64,000 bases of DNA from Cycas panzhihuaensis (lineage: Eukaryota; Plantae; Cycadophyta). Location: contig CM041465.1 in assembly GCA_023213395.1 (NCBI GenBank), positions 245,589,741 through 245,653,740 of the forward strand. The letters are read 5' to 3'. The translations under genes and the position numbers were made by a program. Below are positions 1 through 13,200 of the stretch, piece by piece. Within the stretch, counting starts at the first letter, position 1, and the number at the start of each line of letters is the position of its first letter. The notes beneath the pieces are model-generated. The model did no database searches and was not told where the DNA came from. It saw nothing but the letters and a program-made list of their open reading frames with translations.

Positions 1-959
1 GGACTGTGCTGACTCAGCTGACAGTGTGCTAATGAGCTGGGCAGCCGATCTTGGCTTCGGTGAGGAATCTTGACCGGGCAACTTTCACCGACTTGGCGAT
101 ATGGTGACTCAAAGGCTTGAAGACGTGCTCGATTGTCGGTGAAGAGCGGTGGCAATGTCTTGATTGTACGGTGAGTCTTGTTCAAGACCTTCGAGTTGGC
201 GATTCGGGCACAGCCGGTCTTGGTTGTGCCTTTGTGATGATGTGGCACTTTGAGTGCTGAGATGGTAGGAGCTCGACTTGGCGAAGCCTTGGTGAGCTGG
301 AGTCAAGACCGATTTCCTCAATCCGAGTTGAGCTTGGACACTTGAGTTGGTGTCTGATTTCCAAAACAAATGATGAAAAAAAAACTAACAGTGCTTAAAC
401 AAGCTAAGTTCAGAGACCTTACAGCTCTGATACCAAATGTGGAAAAAGGGCATTAGGCCACATTAGTCCCAAGATCATAAGTACAAGCACAATACTACAA
501 ATGCATGAAAGCATAAACCATAAAGCACACAAAGAGAAATAGAAGCAAGAGAAAATGATACCCAATATGTGGAGTTGGAATTGGTCCAACCTCCAAATGA
601 ATAGCAGTTTGATTAGCAAACTGATAGCATAACAATGCAACTCCAACTCTTGTGTGAGACAATGAGGAGAGGTCTCATTATATAGAGTGAAATGAGAGAC
701 CTAAGGCCTTGGATGTTTGACAAGTGTCAAACATCCAAGATACATGCCTTGCATGTTGGACATGTGTCCTTTTGGGCTCTCATGTGAGCAAAAGTGCATG
801 AGGGTCCATTTGACCCTTTAGTGACAACGTTGTGTCACTAGAAAGAATGTGGGTGTGCACTTTATCACTTACGTGATAAGTCACCCCTAAAGTAAAAAGT
901 GCATATATTACATGAAAAATAAAAGTACATTAACTTAACATTTAAACATAAGGTTTATA
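1..959 (-). mobile_element. 5' end of an LTR retrotransposon (5' LTR 438-959, PBS 424-435, GC-rich leader running off the left edge)
   Basis: gctctgatacca (reverse complement of the iMet PBS tggtatcagagc) at 424-435, 2 nt from a TG at 438. 438-959 is the reverse complement of the LTR at 38111-38663. Confidence 0.85.
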
Positions 960-3900
960 TCTATTTGAAGCATTTGAAAATCAATAAAATAATGAAGTAA
1001 GCCAAAGTTAATCATTTCAAAATCATATTTTGAGTCATTATTGAATCTATAAATGGAAATAATATTAAAACTAATGACGACTATATTATGCACTTAAAGA
1101 ACCAGAAGAAGAATATCATCACCTCAACATTGAAAATAGGGATTGAGACATACATTTATAAAAGTCATGATCAATACATTATTTGTCAATTTTGTCATAC
1201 CAAGCTTTAGGTGCTTATTTCAAACCATACTGGCACTTCTTGTATTTACAAACCAGATTAGAACCAAATTGATAACCAGGATGCTTGGCCATGAAAATTC
1301 TCTCTTTATGATCACCATTCGTAAAAGCACATTTGACATCCATTGATAAAGTTGTAATCCAAATTTAACAATCTAAGAAATAATAAGTTTGATGGTGTTT
1401 ATTTTAATAACTGGAACAAAAGTTTCATTATAATCAAGTCCATCAATCTATGAGAAACTTGTGACAACCAATCTAGTTTTATGTTTTTCAATAACATCAT
1501 TACAATGTTGTTCAATAAATCTATTTGTAATCAACAAGATTCTTATTATAAGGAATGAGAACCAATTTTCATGTAAAAATTTTCATCAAAGCATTATACT
1601 CCTTAGTAAGTATTATCTTTAGTTTTGTTAAAAGATTTAGGATTTTTAAGTTCCACTACCTTTGCCAAGACCAAGTCCTTTCTAGGAGCAAAGGGATCAC
1701 TTGCATAAAAATCAATTAGGGCAAGGGTCTTCCTAACCCATTTAGGTTGTCTTTTAATAACTTAAGTGTTTATGTCAAAATCTACATTATGAAAATCATC
1801 TAGATCACGTTGAGGGCTACAAAGAACTTGAGAGTTAGAAGAAAAGTAGTTAGGACCATTTAAACCAAGAATGCTTGAGCTGAAAGTAATACAATTAGAT
1901 GAAGTATGAGCAATATGACCCATAGTAGTAAGCAAATGAACATTAACATACTCAAGAGAAGTATAAGCATTTGAACCATCATCATTGATCTTGACATCAC
2001 ACTTAATAAACACTTGATAAAAGTAGGATCGAAGAGTCTATAAGCTTTACACTTTTCACTATAGCCAATAAAGATATGTAAATATCTTGGGATCCAAATT
2101 TAACTTTTGTGTATTAGGAATATGAGGCCATGTAACACTACCAGCGGTCTTGAAATGTGTCACTGTAGGTTTTCTACTCGACCGTTTTTCTTCACGAGTG
2201 ACACTAAAAATAACTTTGATAGGAAGATAATGTAGCAAATAACTAATTTAATTTATTGCTTTAACCTACAATTTCATATTTAAGATCTTAGAATGTGTTT
2301 CCTAACTTCTAAGAATGGACTTGGATATGGAAACAAAGGGGTAAGTACATGCATGCTTCTCCACTCTTTTCACACCTTATTGGTATATATTTAATTTTAG
2401 ATGGTTGATGTATGCTTTGTTGGTTTGTTTGACTATTTTTCCATGCCCCCTCTTTGTCGATGACGGGTACAACTTTGGTCCATCGTCATTTAGTCCACCC
2501 ATCAAGCTCCTTGTGCTAGAAAAAGTGTCGTCCCCCAAATTGCAACTTTGTTTCTGTGTTATTTTTATTTTATTTTTTATCTATCGGGCTTTGTTTGATC
2601 TTCTGACTACTTGTTGTTGATTGTACCTACTCTTAGGATCTGCCATTAGTGAATTTGTAGCTTGTTTGCATGCCTATTTTTTGAAAAAACTAAGTTGTTC
2701 TGTATTGCTTAGTTTTCTATCTACAATAGTGGTACCGCAAAGTACTTCGTATCGTGAACATGTTTATGGTACCACTTTTACCAAACCAGATTTGAAATTT
2801 ATAGTGATAATCGACTCATTAATGATTGAATGTCAGATCTAGGCAGATCGCGTCGTCCTTAGGTCAGCCCCTGTCAGATTTGAGAGCCCCAAAAGGCCCA
2901 AATCCTCCTAAATCTTGATCTTTCCAAGTCAAACTCATGGTTTTGGTTTGATGGTTTTCTCCACATTATGGGTAAAAACCACCAACCTCTCACCTTGATG
3001 GTTTTTGTTTAATCCATTCATTTTTTTAGGTGAGGAGACCTTGAAACTATGCTAATCTATCGTTATGTTACTGAAATTCTTTCAAAATCTTAGCAACTTG
3101 TTCACTCTACTAGCATCCACTTGGAGATTGAGAGCTCTACATAAAAAACAACTTGGGAGTCCTTGAAGAAAAGGAATAACAGCTATTGGCAATCCATCAT
3201 CCTAGAGGTATAGGTAATCTACTATCTTGTTATTTTAGTTATCACTTCTTACTCTATTTTCCATCTTCATGCCATGTTTGTATGATAGAATGGTAGGATA
3301 TGTTAGTTATTTCTTTTGTATTTCAAAGTTTTCTTTGAGTCATTAACTATTGTTTTATTATTCACATGTTTTGTTTTTCTTTCTTTTAGTGTTCTTTAGA
3401 AATTGTAAGTTGAGGAATGACACTTAAGTACACTTAGGAAACCTATATCATATTGGGGGATGGTAGCCATTCTGAGGTACCTCCACTAATCTTATTCATC
3501 TTGTTTTATCACTTAGAGGTAGAATTTTGATTATTGTAAGAAGTTGCTTATCATTATTTAGAAGCTATATTTGTGTATATGCATGTATTAGTAGATCCTT
3601 GGTAGAAGTACTTGTTTTGCAGGTCACTCACTTTGGTGCAAGAAAGAAGGAAGGCCAATAAGGTGCATCACTCTCTGAATAATTTTTAGCCATCGTAAGT
3701 TTCAGCCATCATCTTGGTAAGGTAAGATTAATACTTTACTTCAGTGTTTTCTTTTATTTTTCATCATTTTAGCATTTTTTTTCTTTTCGTTATAGGTTAT
3801 TCAACAAGCAGAAATGTTGCCAGATTTTCTTTAGATTTAGATAGTAGTTTGTTTTGTTGCTACTTGCATTATCGGGAATTCCTTAGTAAATTAGGAGCAA

Positions 3901-5531
3901 GCTTCACGTTTTAAGAAATTGTTCACATATTTAGATACGTTTTTTTGGTTTAATTTGTCATTTAAAAGATCATGTACAAAAAAGAAGATGAAGAAATGAA
4001 TATATATATATATTTTTTAAATTAAAAAAAAAAAAGAGAAAAAGAAAGTAGAAAAAGGAAAGGAAAGACTTTGCTAGTTGTCTTTTAGTCCTCCCTTTTA
4101 TCTTCACCTTCTTTTCGTCTAAAATATATAGGAATCAAAGAGAAAAAAAGAACATGTGTATTTGTTTTTTTCCCTTTTATTCATTTCAATAAAAAAAAGA
4201 AAAGAAAGAGAAGAAAAAAATAAAAAAGGAAAAAAATGTTTGCATTTTCTTATTTCCATCATTTGCACATGGTTTGCATTCATAGTAGGAGTTAGGAGTT
4301 GAATTGGTTGCATATTATTTTCGTACAAACTTAAGATGTGACGAGGGACCGTGTTGTTGCGAGTTCCGAATTCGCAATGGGATAAACCACGAAGTTAGAA
4401 TTTGGAAAGCAATTGTTTGCATGTAAAAGGAAAAGAAACATATGGTTTGTATTAGGTTTATGTGGTGATTCTGCCCTCATAGTTGCTTTTAAGTTTTTTT
4501 TTTGAAAAGAAGAACAATGAAAAAGGACTCATTACAACTTCAGTGTTGACTAATCCCTACACACATGCATAAATGCCCTTTGCATTTAGTTTAACTTTTT
4601 AGGTCATCCACATACGTCTTATTACTATCGCACGCATGAAGCCCACAGATGTCCATTTCGGTGGCGTAAGATTTTGTTTACTCTCGTTAGACTTTGAACC
4701 TTAGGTCTTATGTATAACCAAAGGTATTGAATTCTCATTCCACTGACTTTTCTGGGTTCAATCTCTAGTACGGTCGCCTGTAAGATGCGTTGAAGGGTCG
4801 GTGGGATGAAATTGCAACAACTTTGGTTATATATAAAACTTAAGGTGCAAGGTCTAACGAGGGTAAGCAAAATTTTATGTTGTCGATTTAAACGTTTGTG
4901 CGCTTTGTGAGCGCGATAGCGAGAGGACGTACATGAATGGCCTAAGAAGCTAAACTAAGGGCAAATAATATTTATGCATATGTGTAGGGGTTAGTCAGTG
5001 ATAAAGTTATAATGAGTTTTTTTTTTTTTTCGTTCTTAAAAAAAAAAAACATAAATTCGACAAAAGAGTGGAGGGGATCACAACATGCATTTCATGTAAG
5101 TTATATGCTTCTTTTCCTTTTGCATATATACAATTCTTACCCTAATTTTAACTTCGTGGTATGTCCCTTTACGGATTCGGTACTCGCGGTAACACAATCT
5201 CTCATCATGTCTTGCATTTGTACGAAGATAACATGCAACCAATTCAACTCCTAGCTCTTACTATAAATGCAAAGTATGTGCAAATGATAGAAATAAGAAA
5301 ATGCATTTTTTTTTTCTTTTTTTTGAATTTCTCTTGTTTTTCTTTTTTTGGAAAGGAATAAAAGAGAGAAAACAAATACACAAATGTTTATTTTTTCTTT
5401 TTGATTCCTATATATTTTGGATAAAATGAAGGTAAAGAGAAAAGCGGGGATTAAGAGACAACTAACAAAACTTTTCATTTGTTTATTGTTCTTTCTTTTT
5501 CTCTTTTTTTATTTTTTTTTAAAAGGACATA

Positions 5532-5565
<34 letters not shown>

Positions 5566-8520
5566 TTGGTAAATGATCTTTTAAATGACAAATTAAACCA
5601 AGAAGCGTACCTGAATACGTGAACGGTTTTTTAATACATGGGATTTGCTCCAAACTTGCTAAGGGATTTTCGAGAATGTAAGTAGTAACAAAAGTAACTA
5701 GTATTTAAATTTAAAGAAAATCTGGCAGTATTTTTGCTTGTTGGATACCTTATGATGAAGAACAAGAATGCTAAAATAATAGAAAGCGAAAGAAATCATT
5801 AAAGTAAAGTATTGATCTCACCTTTTTAAGATGATGGCTAGAATGTACGATGCCTAAGAATTGTCTGGAGGGTGATGTATTGCTTGGTAACCTTGTTGGT
5901 CTTTGATCTTTCATGCATTCAAGTGAGTAACCTACAAGACAAATACTTCTATCAATGATCTACTAATACATGCTTATACATAAACGTATATTTTAAATAA
6001 TGATGAACAACTTCCTACAACAATCAAAATTCTACCTCTAAGTAATGAAACAAGATGAATGGAATTGGTGGAGGTGCTTCAGAATAACTATCATCTCTCG
6101 ATATGATATAGGTTCACTAAGTGTACTTAAGTGCCATTCTCTCAACTTGCAATTTCAAATGAACACTAAGAGAAAGGGAAACAAAACATGGGAATGAGAA
6201 GACAATGACTAATAGTTCAAAGGAAAATATGAAACACAAAAGGAACTAGTTACCATATCCTACCATTGTATCACACGAGCATGGCATGAAAATGGAAAAT
6301 TAAATAAGAAGAGATGACCAAAACAACAGAAGAGTGGATTACCTATGCCTCTAGGATGATGGATTCCCAATGGTTGCTGTTCTCCTCTTTCAAGGGCCCT
6401 CAAATTGTCTTTGATGCAGAGCTCACAATCTCCAAGTGGATGTTAGTAGAGTGAACTAAGTTGTTAAGATTCTGGAAGAATTTTAGTAGCATAACGACAG
6501 GGTAACATAGTCTTAAGATCTCTTCCCCTTCCAATGGATAAAAGGAAGGTGATTAATTAGAAAACAATAAGGTGAGAGGTTGGTGGTTTTTCGCCCACAA
6601 TGTGGAGAAAACCATCAACCCAAAATTATGAGTTTTTCCTTATGGTTTGAGAAATTTGGCTTGGGAAGAGCAAGATTTGGGTCTCTTGGACCTTTCAAAT
6701 TTGACAAGGGTCGATTTGGGGTCAACGCGGTCTATTCAGATCTGATATTTAATTATTAATAAGCCAATTGTCATCATAAATCCCAAATCTAGGTTGGTGA
6801 CAGTCGTACTACGAACATGTTCACAATACAGAGCACTTTGTGGTACTACTGTTATAGATAGGAACTAAGTGGTACGGAACAACTTAGATTTTTACAAAAA
6901 ATGAGTATGCAATTAGATTACAAACTCACCAATGGTAGATCCTAAGGGTAGGTACAATCAACAAAGTGGTCAGAAGATCAAACAAAGTCCGATGGATGAA
7001 AAATAGAGTAAAAATAACTTGGAAGTTGCAATTTGGGGAACGACATTGTTTTCAATCGAAGGAGCCCGATGGGTGGGTTAGGTGGCCATTGATCGAAGTC
7101 GTACTCGATATCGGCAAAGAGGGTGCATGGGTAAACAACTAAACAAGCCAACTAAGCATATATCAATCATCTAAAATTAAATATAGACCAATAAGGTGTG
7201 AAAAGAGTGGAGAAACATACTTGTACTTACCTATTTGTTCTCATATCCAAGACCATTCTCGGAAGCCGAGAAACAAAATGCAACATGCAAATTGTCATTT
7301 TAGCAAGTGTTTTACTTTTTCTTTTAACTAAACCATTTTGTTGAGAGATATAAGTAATATAATGCTAAAAATTATTTTCATGTTTTTTTTTCAAAGTAAA
7401 TAAACTGATTACTAATGTATTCCTTAGTATTATCAGATGTCAACATTTAAATTTTATGATCGAATTGATTTTCAATAAGGACTATGAATTTAAAAAATTT
7501 ATTAAACATATCACCTCTTTGTATGGGTATCTAAATCCAACAATTATTTGGGAAATCACCTATGAAAATAAGTAGATATTTTCGTTTGAAATAGAAGGTA
7601 CTTCAAATGGACCACAAATATTAGAGTGTGTCAACTTAAGAGAATATGAGGCTCTACAACTGGCTTTACGCAAAAAAGAATCAATGAGATGTTTTTCTAG
7701 ATCACATTCGTCACAAATTCTATACACTGTAAAAAGATTAGGAAGACCATTGGCTATGTTATACTTTTGAAAAATATTCAATTGCTCGTAACAAATACAA
7801 CTAAATTAAGCATGCGATAGTTTTATGACAAAATCATAATGAGCAATGCGTGGAGTAAAATCAAAGCTCATGCCAGATTCTTAAACATCATATCTTTGAC
7901 TAGTTTCATTAACATCATAGAGTTTATACAAGCTATAGTCATGATTAGCAATACTAGAAGTAATGATTCTATAACGATGTCTAATTTTTTATAGCAAACT
8001 ATTTTTTCTTTTAAATTCAACCTTAATAATCTTTTTGACAAAGTTGAAAAAATAGAGAGAAGATTGGGTTTCAAATATGATGCATGTTATACATTGTCAA
8101 TAGATTTGCTTTTGAGTGTAACATTCGCTGTAAATTTATAACATGAAGCTCAACACCATTGTCAATAGTAATCCTTGTGATATGATGTGAGTATAATCTA
8201 TAATCCATAAAAGAATTTGAAGTGTGAGCTGAAATGGAAGTAGCCAAAGCACTTGCTCTTGGTGTAGGATATTAGTCCCTATCTCTGCGTGCATCAGCAA
8301 ATATTTTTTTGTACAATATCTCTTAGGATGACCCTTCTCACAACAATAATAACAAATAGTATCGGCATTCAAGAGAGAAGATTGATTTGAATGTGATGCA
8401 TAATTTTGATTTCTATTTTACCTTTCGAAAGTTTGCCCTTAATAACTTGAATTTTGTCCTATGTACCCCTGAATTTGATTAGTTTGTCTCATAAAAGGTC
8501 GACACTGATGTATTAAATAT
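960..8520 (-). mobile_element. Degenerate Ty1/copia pol ('family X': gag knuckle, integrase, RT start), interrupted by 2296-7275
   Basis: Minus-strand fragments CYYCCEKGHPKRYC (CCHC, ~8320-8360) and HSNICGPFEVP (integrase, ~7600), plus RT-like sequence ~1100-1600. Many stops. Homologous to 44620-48950 and 55440-61350. Confidence 0.85.
2296..7275. mobile_element. 4,980-bp non-coding palindromic (fold-back) insertion with TG...CA termini and 5-bp TSD
   Basis: Starts TGTTTCC, ends GAAACA. 2296-~4760 is the reverse complement of ~4785-7275 along its length. Flanks gaatg (2291-2295) / aaatg (7276-7280). Removing it restores host cttagaatgcaacatg (compare cttagaatgcaatatg at ~46645). Confidence 0.92.
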
Positions 8521-8934
8521 TCTTTTGTTAAAATATGCAAATTTTCAGTATATAGAAATAATTACATACAAGTACAACAAGAAAGGGGAGAGATCGTCAT
8601 CTCCATGGTTGCTCAAATAATACACATAAAATTAGCCAAAAGTCCTATATAGGATCACATATAATAGGTCCTTATGCCAACCAAGAATCATTTAAGCTTG
8701 CACTCCATCCCTACCCTGTGCATGATCTTCCCAACTATCATCCCTCTTGTCAAGATGATTCTCCCTTAGTTTCTAGCCCTTGCGATATGTGGGCTCAACA
8801 TTAATTGACACTATTATCTACATGGTCTTGCCTTGTCTGTATGTTAGAGAACCATATCCTTAGGTAGAGGTTGAATGATTGGTGCAAGGAGGGGACGCCT
8901 AAAATGCACCTGGTTGATGGATCCTAGAATGAGT

Positions 8935-8986
8935 ACATGTTAAAATATGTGATTGAGAGCACATGTTAAAATATGTGATTGAGAGC
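8935..8986 (+). repeat. 26-bp tandem duplication at an LTR terminus
   Basis: acatgttaaaatatgtgattgagagc occurs twice in tandem. Confidence 0.9.
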
Positions 8987-9318
8987 AAATGGATTGTAGA
9001 AAAATGAACACTACGATTACACATCCACAAATGAATGGAAAGATAATAGTCTTGCATTATTTCACAAGCCATACATAATCAACTTTATTATCCGTAAGTG
9101 AAGGCAATGGATACAAATAAGAGACTCCGTGAGGAGTTACAACAACTCACACATGTGAGAGTAGAATTTAAAAATAAAAGGCGAGAGTTACAATAGTGAA
9201 CAGATGACATGTGAATTTGGGAGTTATAATGTGTGATGTAAGTCCACTATAAATGTCATCTACATCTAATGTAACAAACAATGCTACAATAAACAATGAA
9301 TTAACATTATTTGTAACA
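8964..9318 (-). repeat. 3' LTR of a minus-strand copia (PPT remnant at ~9320-9326)
   Basis: tgtta...taaca termini, followed by gtccctc (reverse-complement PPT) and the RNase H end. Homologous to 42221-42548. Confidence 0.8.
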
Positions 9319-10228
9319 GTCCCTCATAATGTTATATCATTATCCCTTATAAACAAAAGCTATGTAAGCGTCTCCAAATTTTCACAACTCAAGACCTTAG
9401 TGAGAACATTACTAATTTTATCCTCAGCTGGACAATAGACCAACTCAACTACTCTGTTCTACCCCTGCTCCTGAATGAAATAATGGTGAACTTCCACGTG
9501 CTTTGTCTCAAAGTGGAACATTGGATTTTTTGAAAGTTAAATTGCATTTTGATTATGATAGAATATATGTGTAGGATCATCTCACAGAAGTTCAAAGTGA
9601 CCAAGAACTCTCTTTAGCCAAATGGCCTCAGAAGTGGCTACAACTGGTGCTTTGTATTTGACTTTTGTGGAAGACAAGGATATTGCAGCCTATTTTTTCC
9701 TACACCAAGAGATCAGACCAGAACCCAATGTGAAAACATATCCTGATGTAGATTTCATCTCATTTTGGTCCCCTACCCAATCTGAGTCAGTGAAGCATTG
9801 TAGTCTGAACTCATCAGATATAACAAGCATGAGTCCATATTTGATAGTACTTTTCACATTGTTTTTTTTGCCTTCTAATAGAGAGTGGATGGAGCACTCA
9901 TGAAGCGTGATAGAATACCAACATAACTAATGCCAGGTCTAGTGTTAGTGAGGCAGATTAAACTACACACTAATTGGCTGTACAATGTAGCATTAGTAGA
10001 TTTACTAACAAACTTTGTAGTCAATTTGAGACCAAATTCCATGGGAGTAGCCATTGGATTACAATTCTCAGTATGGAATCATCTTAACAAATTATGAGCA
10101 TATTTTGGACCGTGATACAAAAATGCTATCACCCCTCTATCAAATCTCCAATGCAAAGTAATAATGCAGATGGCCAAGATTTGGCATCTAAAAAATTTTG
10201 CACTATTACTTTTTGAGAGAGTCAATCT

Positions 10229-13200
10229 TGTTGGAATATTGATAATGCATATTTGTTTTGTCCCACATGCAAGTGGGTTCTACTTTCACTATCATGTCAT
10301 ATATTATAAATACACACATAGTGTATCATATGTAATATATGTTGTAAGGATGTTTTGTTAATACAATTTGAGGTACCTTAAGGGTACCGTTCGATCCTGG
10401 AGTTGTTTTTCTTCTGTTTGTGAATTATCTATTGCAGGTTATATTGTCCAACATGGTATTAGAGCGCTCAGGTTGAGAGAAGTGTTTTTGTTCGGTATTG
10501 GAGCGGTGATTTGAGAGGTGCCATCAAGGGTGGAAAGCAATTTTGAGAGAATAAACGTTGAAATTTCTTAAAAGTAATGGCAAAATTGAGACGAAATGGT
10601 CGTTTTGCAAATTTTGAGTGGTTGCACCACAGATTTTGGGCTGAAAGTGCGAAAATTGCGTGAAATTAATTTCGGCTGCTTTTTCCGTCACCGTATTTTT
10701 GGGACAGATCTACAACCTCGATTTCAAAGGGCCATAACTTTGGCTGTAGGTATCCAAATGACCTCAATTTTTTTTTTGATTCTGTGCGTTTATTAATTTA
10801 CTTTCTAGTGGAAGTGGTTTGAGGTTCATCAGAGTTCAGAGTGAAAAGTTATTGGTTGTTTATCAGAAGGTACTATTAAAGTCCCTAAAAACCCTAATTG
10901 TGAAATTCTTAAAAGGGGCATAACTTTTGATCTAGATATCAGAATTCAATTTAAATCGAATTAGAATTGTATTTTAGAGGCCATCATTTTCATCCATATT
11001 TTATGTATTTTTGAACTATATTTTTTTTTCAGAAACAAATTTTTTTTGGAATATAAGGGTTTCATATTGCTATGGTGATGTGAATGAGGCAATGGTAATG
11101 AGGTGATATAAGTGTTTTGCACTGTTAACTAGCGACAAAGTAGTTACATTTGGCATAGTGCTATTTTACACGTGATTTACATAAGTTGGGTAATGTTACA
11201 ATATGAGGTGACTATTTGAGGCTCTCTTGCGTATGTTGTGTATGGGAGAGTACTGTTGCAATGTGAGACAACATTAAGTCATGTTGATGTGAATGTATTT
11301 GGCACTCTATATTTGTGATTTGTGGTGTATGATGGTGATTATTTAATGACAGTTTGAGTGCTTTCTTACATATGTTTGTATGAGAGAGATATTGTGACAT
11401 AATGTGGTGATGAAGTGATAATGCATGTGACATATAGCAATTAAGTGCTCCGTGGAATGTGATTTACGTGAAGGGGGTTTATGGGTTTGATAAGGCAAAC
11501 TTGAGGGCAAGGAAAATGGTGATTTGAGGCAATGAGGTGCTTGTTACATGTGAGGTTACTGGCATGTTTTAAGGATGAGATTAGGCATGTTTTATGATGT
11601 GAACGGGCAAAGAAGGATGAGTTTGTTGAAAGACTTTGTTGAGTTGCATATGGCATGAGTTGTTTTTAGGCAATTAAGTGAAGTGTGCGTCTTGGCAATT
11701 TAATGATGACAAGAGGAGTGCATGATTTCTGTGAGATGTATGTGGCCTAGGCATTGATTTGATGGTGGAGTAAGTGTTTCAGATACTTGTTGTATATGAC
11801 TGTTTGATAATATGAGAGATGTGGTGTGAAAGATATGAGACATGAGAAATTTTATTGAGAGTGATCAATAGGCAAGTTACCAATGATAAGTGAGCTTGTT
11901 GATTAAAAAAGGGGATGTGGTGTTAGGAAATGGCATTTACAATTATGGAAGAAAATGATGTGGTTATGTATATTTCTGAAACAAATGAATACTACTTAAA
12001 GGATTCGTTTCTTCCAATACCGAAGTGTAATGGAGAAGACTATTTTTTTTGGACGATTAAAATGAGATGCCTTTTCATAGCTAGAAGTTTGTGGAAGATT
12101 GTTACTGATGGATATGATATCCCTAAGGATGAAGAAGAAAATGAAATGCTTGTGAAGAAAGACAGAAAGGCATTCATTATGATTTGTGCTGCATTCAACG
12201 AGGTTGATCTTCCTTCTGAATACCATTTTGTCATTTCTAAGATTCTACATGCAAGTACTGTTAAGGAAGCATGGGATTTTTTAAAGGAAGTATTTGAACA
12301 AACTCCTGAAGAGATACAACGTATGATTGAAAAGGCAATTAAGGTCAGTTATGGTTATGAATGCAGTACAATGAATGAAGAAAATATCATCAACACTGAT
12401 GAAATGACATGTCAAGATGAAGAATGTATGAGTACTGATGAATTTTCTACTGAATGTAAAGAAATGATGGTTGAATGTATTGATGAGACTATAACTGCTG
12501 ATGAAGACGTTGAAAGTGATGAATCGATAAAGGTTTATTTAGATGACACTTATTTCAAGAGAAATTGAATGTGAATTTGATGATTCCATAAAAGATGAGT
12601 CTTGTATTGATTCAAGTCTAAATGATGCTCCTACTTTGAGCATTGATTCAAAGAGTATGCAAGTTGATCAAGATTCCGCTCCAAAGGTTGAAGAAATCAC
12701 TGTTGTACATGGTGATCAAGAACTTCTACAGGATAATGATGACGGGCAAGTTATATTTGAAGGTGGTAACTTACAGGATCTACATCAAAATTAGACTAAA
12801 TCAAGCACAATGAAGAATCAGGAATTGCACTTGCTAGAGTTGCTACAACAACATCATGACTGCATGATGGAAGACGAAAATCAAGCTAAGGACATCATCC
12901 TACAAAGGCATCAATACAGAATTGAAGACGAAGATCAAATTAAAGGCACCATTCTACAAAAAAGACATCACTACAAGATTGAAGACAAGGATCAAGTTGA
13001 AGACATCATCTTCAAGATATTTTCAAGGACAAGGCGTTGCAAATACAAATGACCCAAATGTGCATTAAGGGGGAGTGTTGGAATATTGATAATGCACATT
13101 TGTTTTGTCCCACATGCAAGTGGGTCCTGCTTTCTCTATTATGTCATATATTATAAATACACAATAGTGTATCATATGTAATATGTGTTGTAAGGATGTT

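Noticed and set aside
424-435. tRNA-Met 3'-end matches as tRNA genes
   Set aside because: Only 12-nt matches abutting LTR ends; these are primer binding sites.
2405-5478. Short ORFs inside the 5-kb palindrome (and 58032-58412, 59534-59764 in the other)
   Set aside because: Low complexity or no recognisable motifs, and frames are not preserved between mirror arms.
8526-8934. Possible extra solo LTR (8526-8934 + 42549-42600)
   Set aside because: It has tgtta/caaca-like ends, but flanks tcttt vs agctt give no TSD and there is no second copy in the window.
8933-8963. TSD confirming 8964-42548 as a single element
   Set aside because: Flanks gtaca or gcaca vs ctgta do not match, so the pairing is left tentative.
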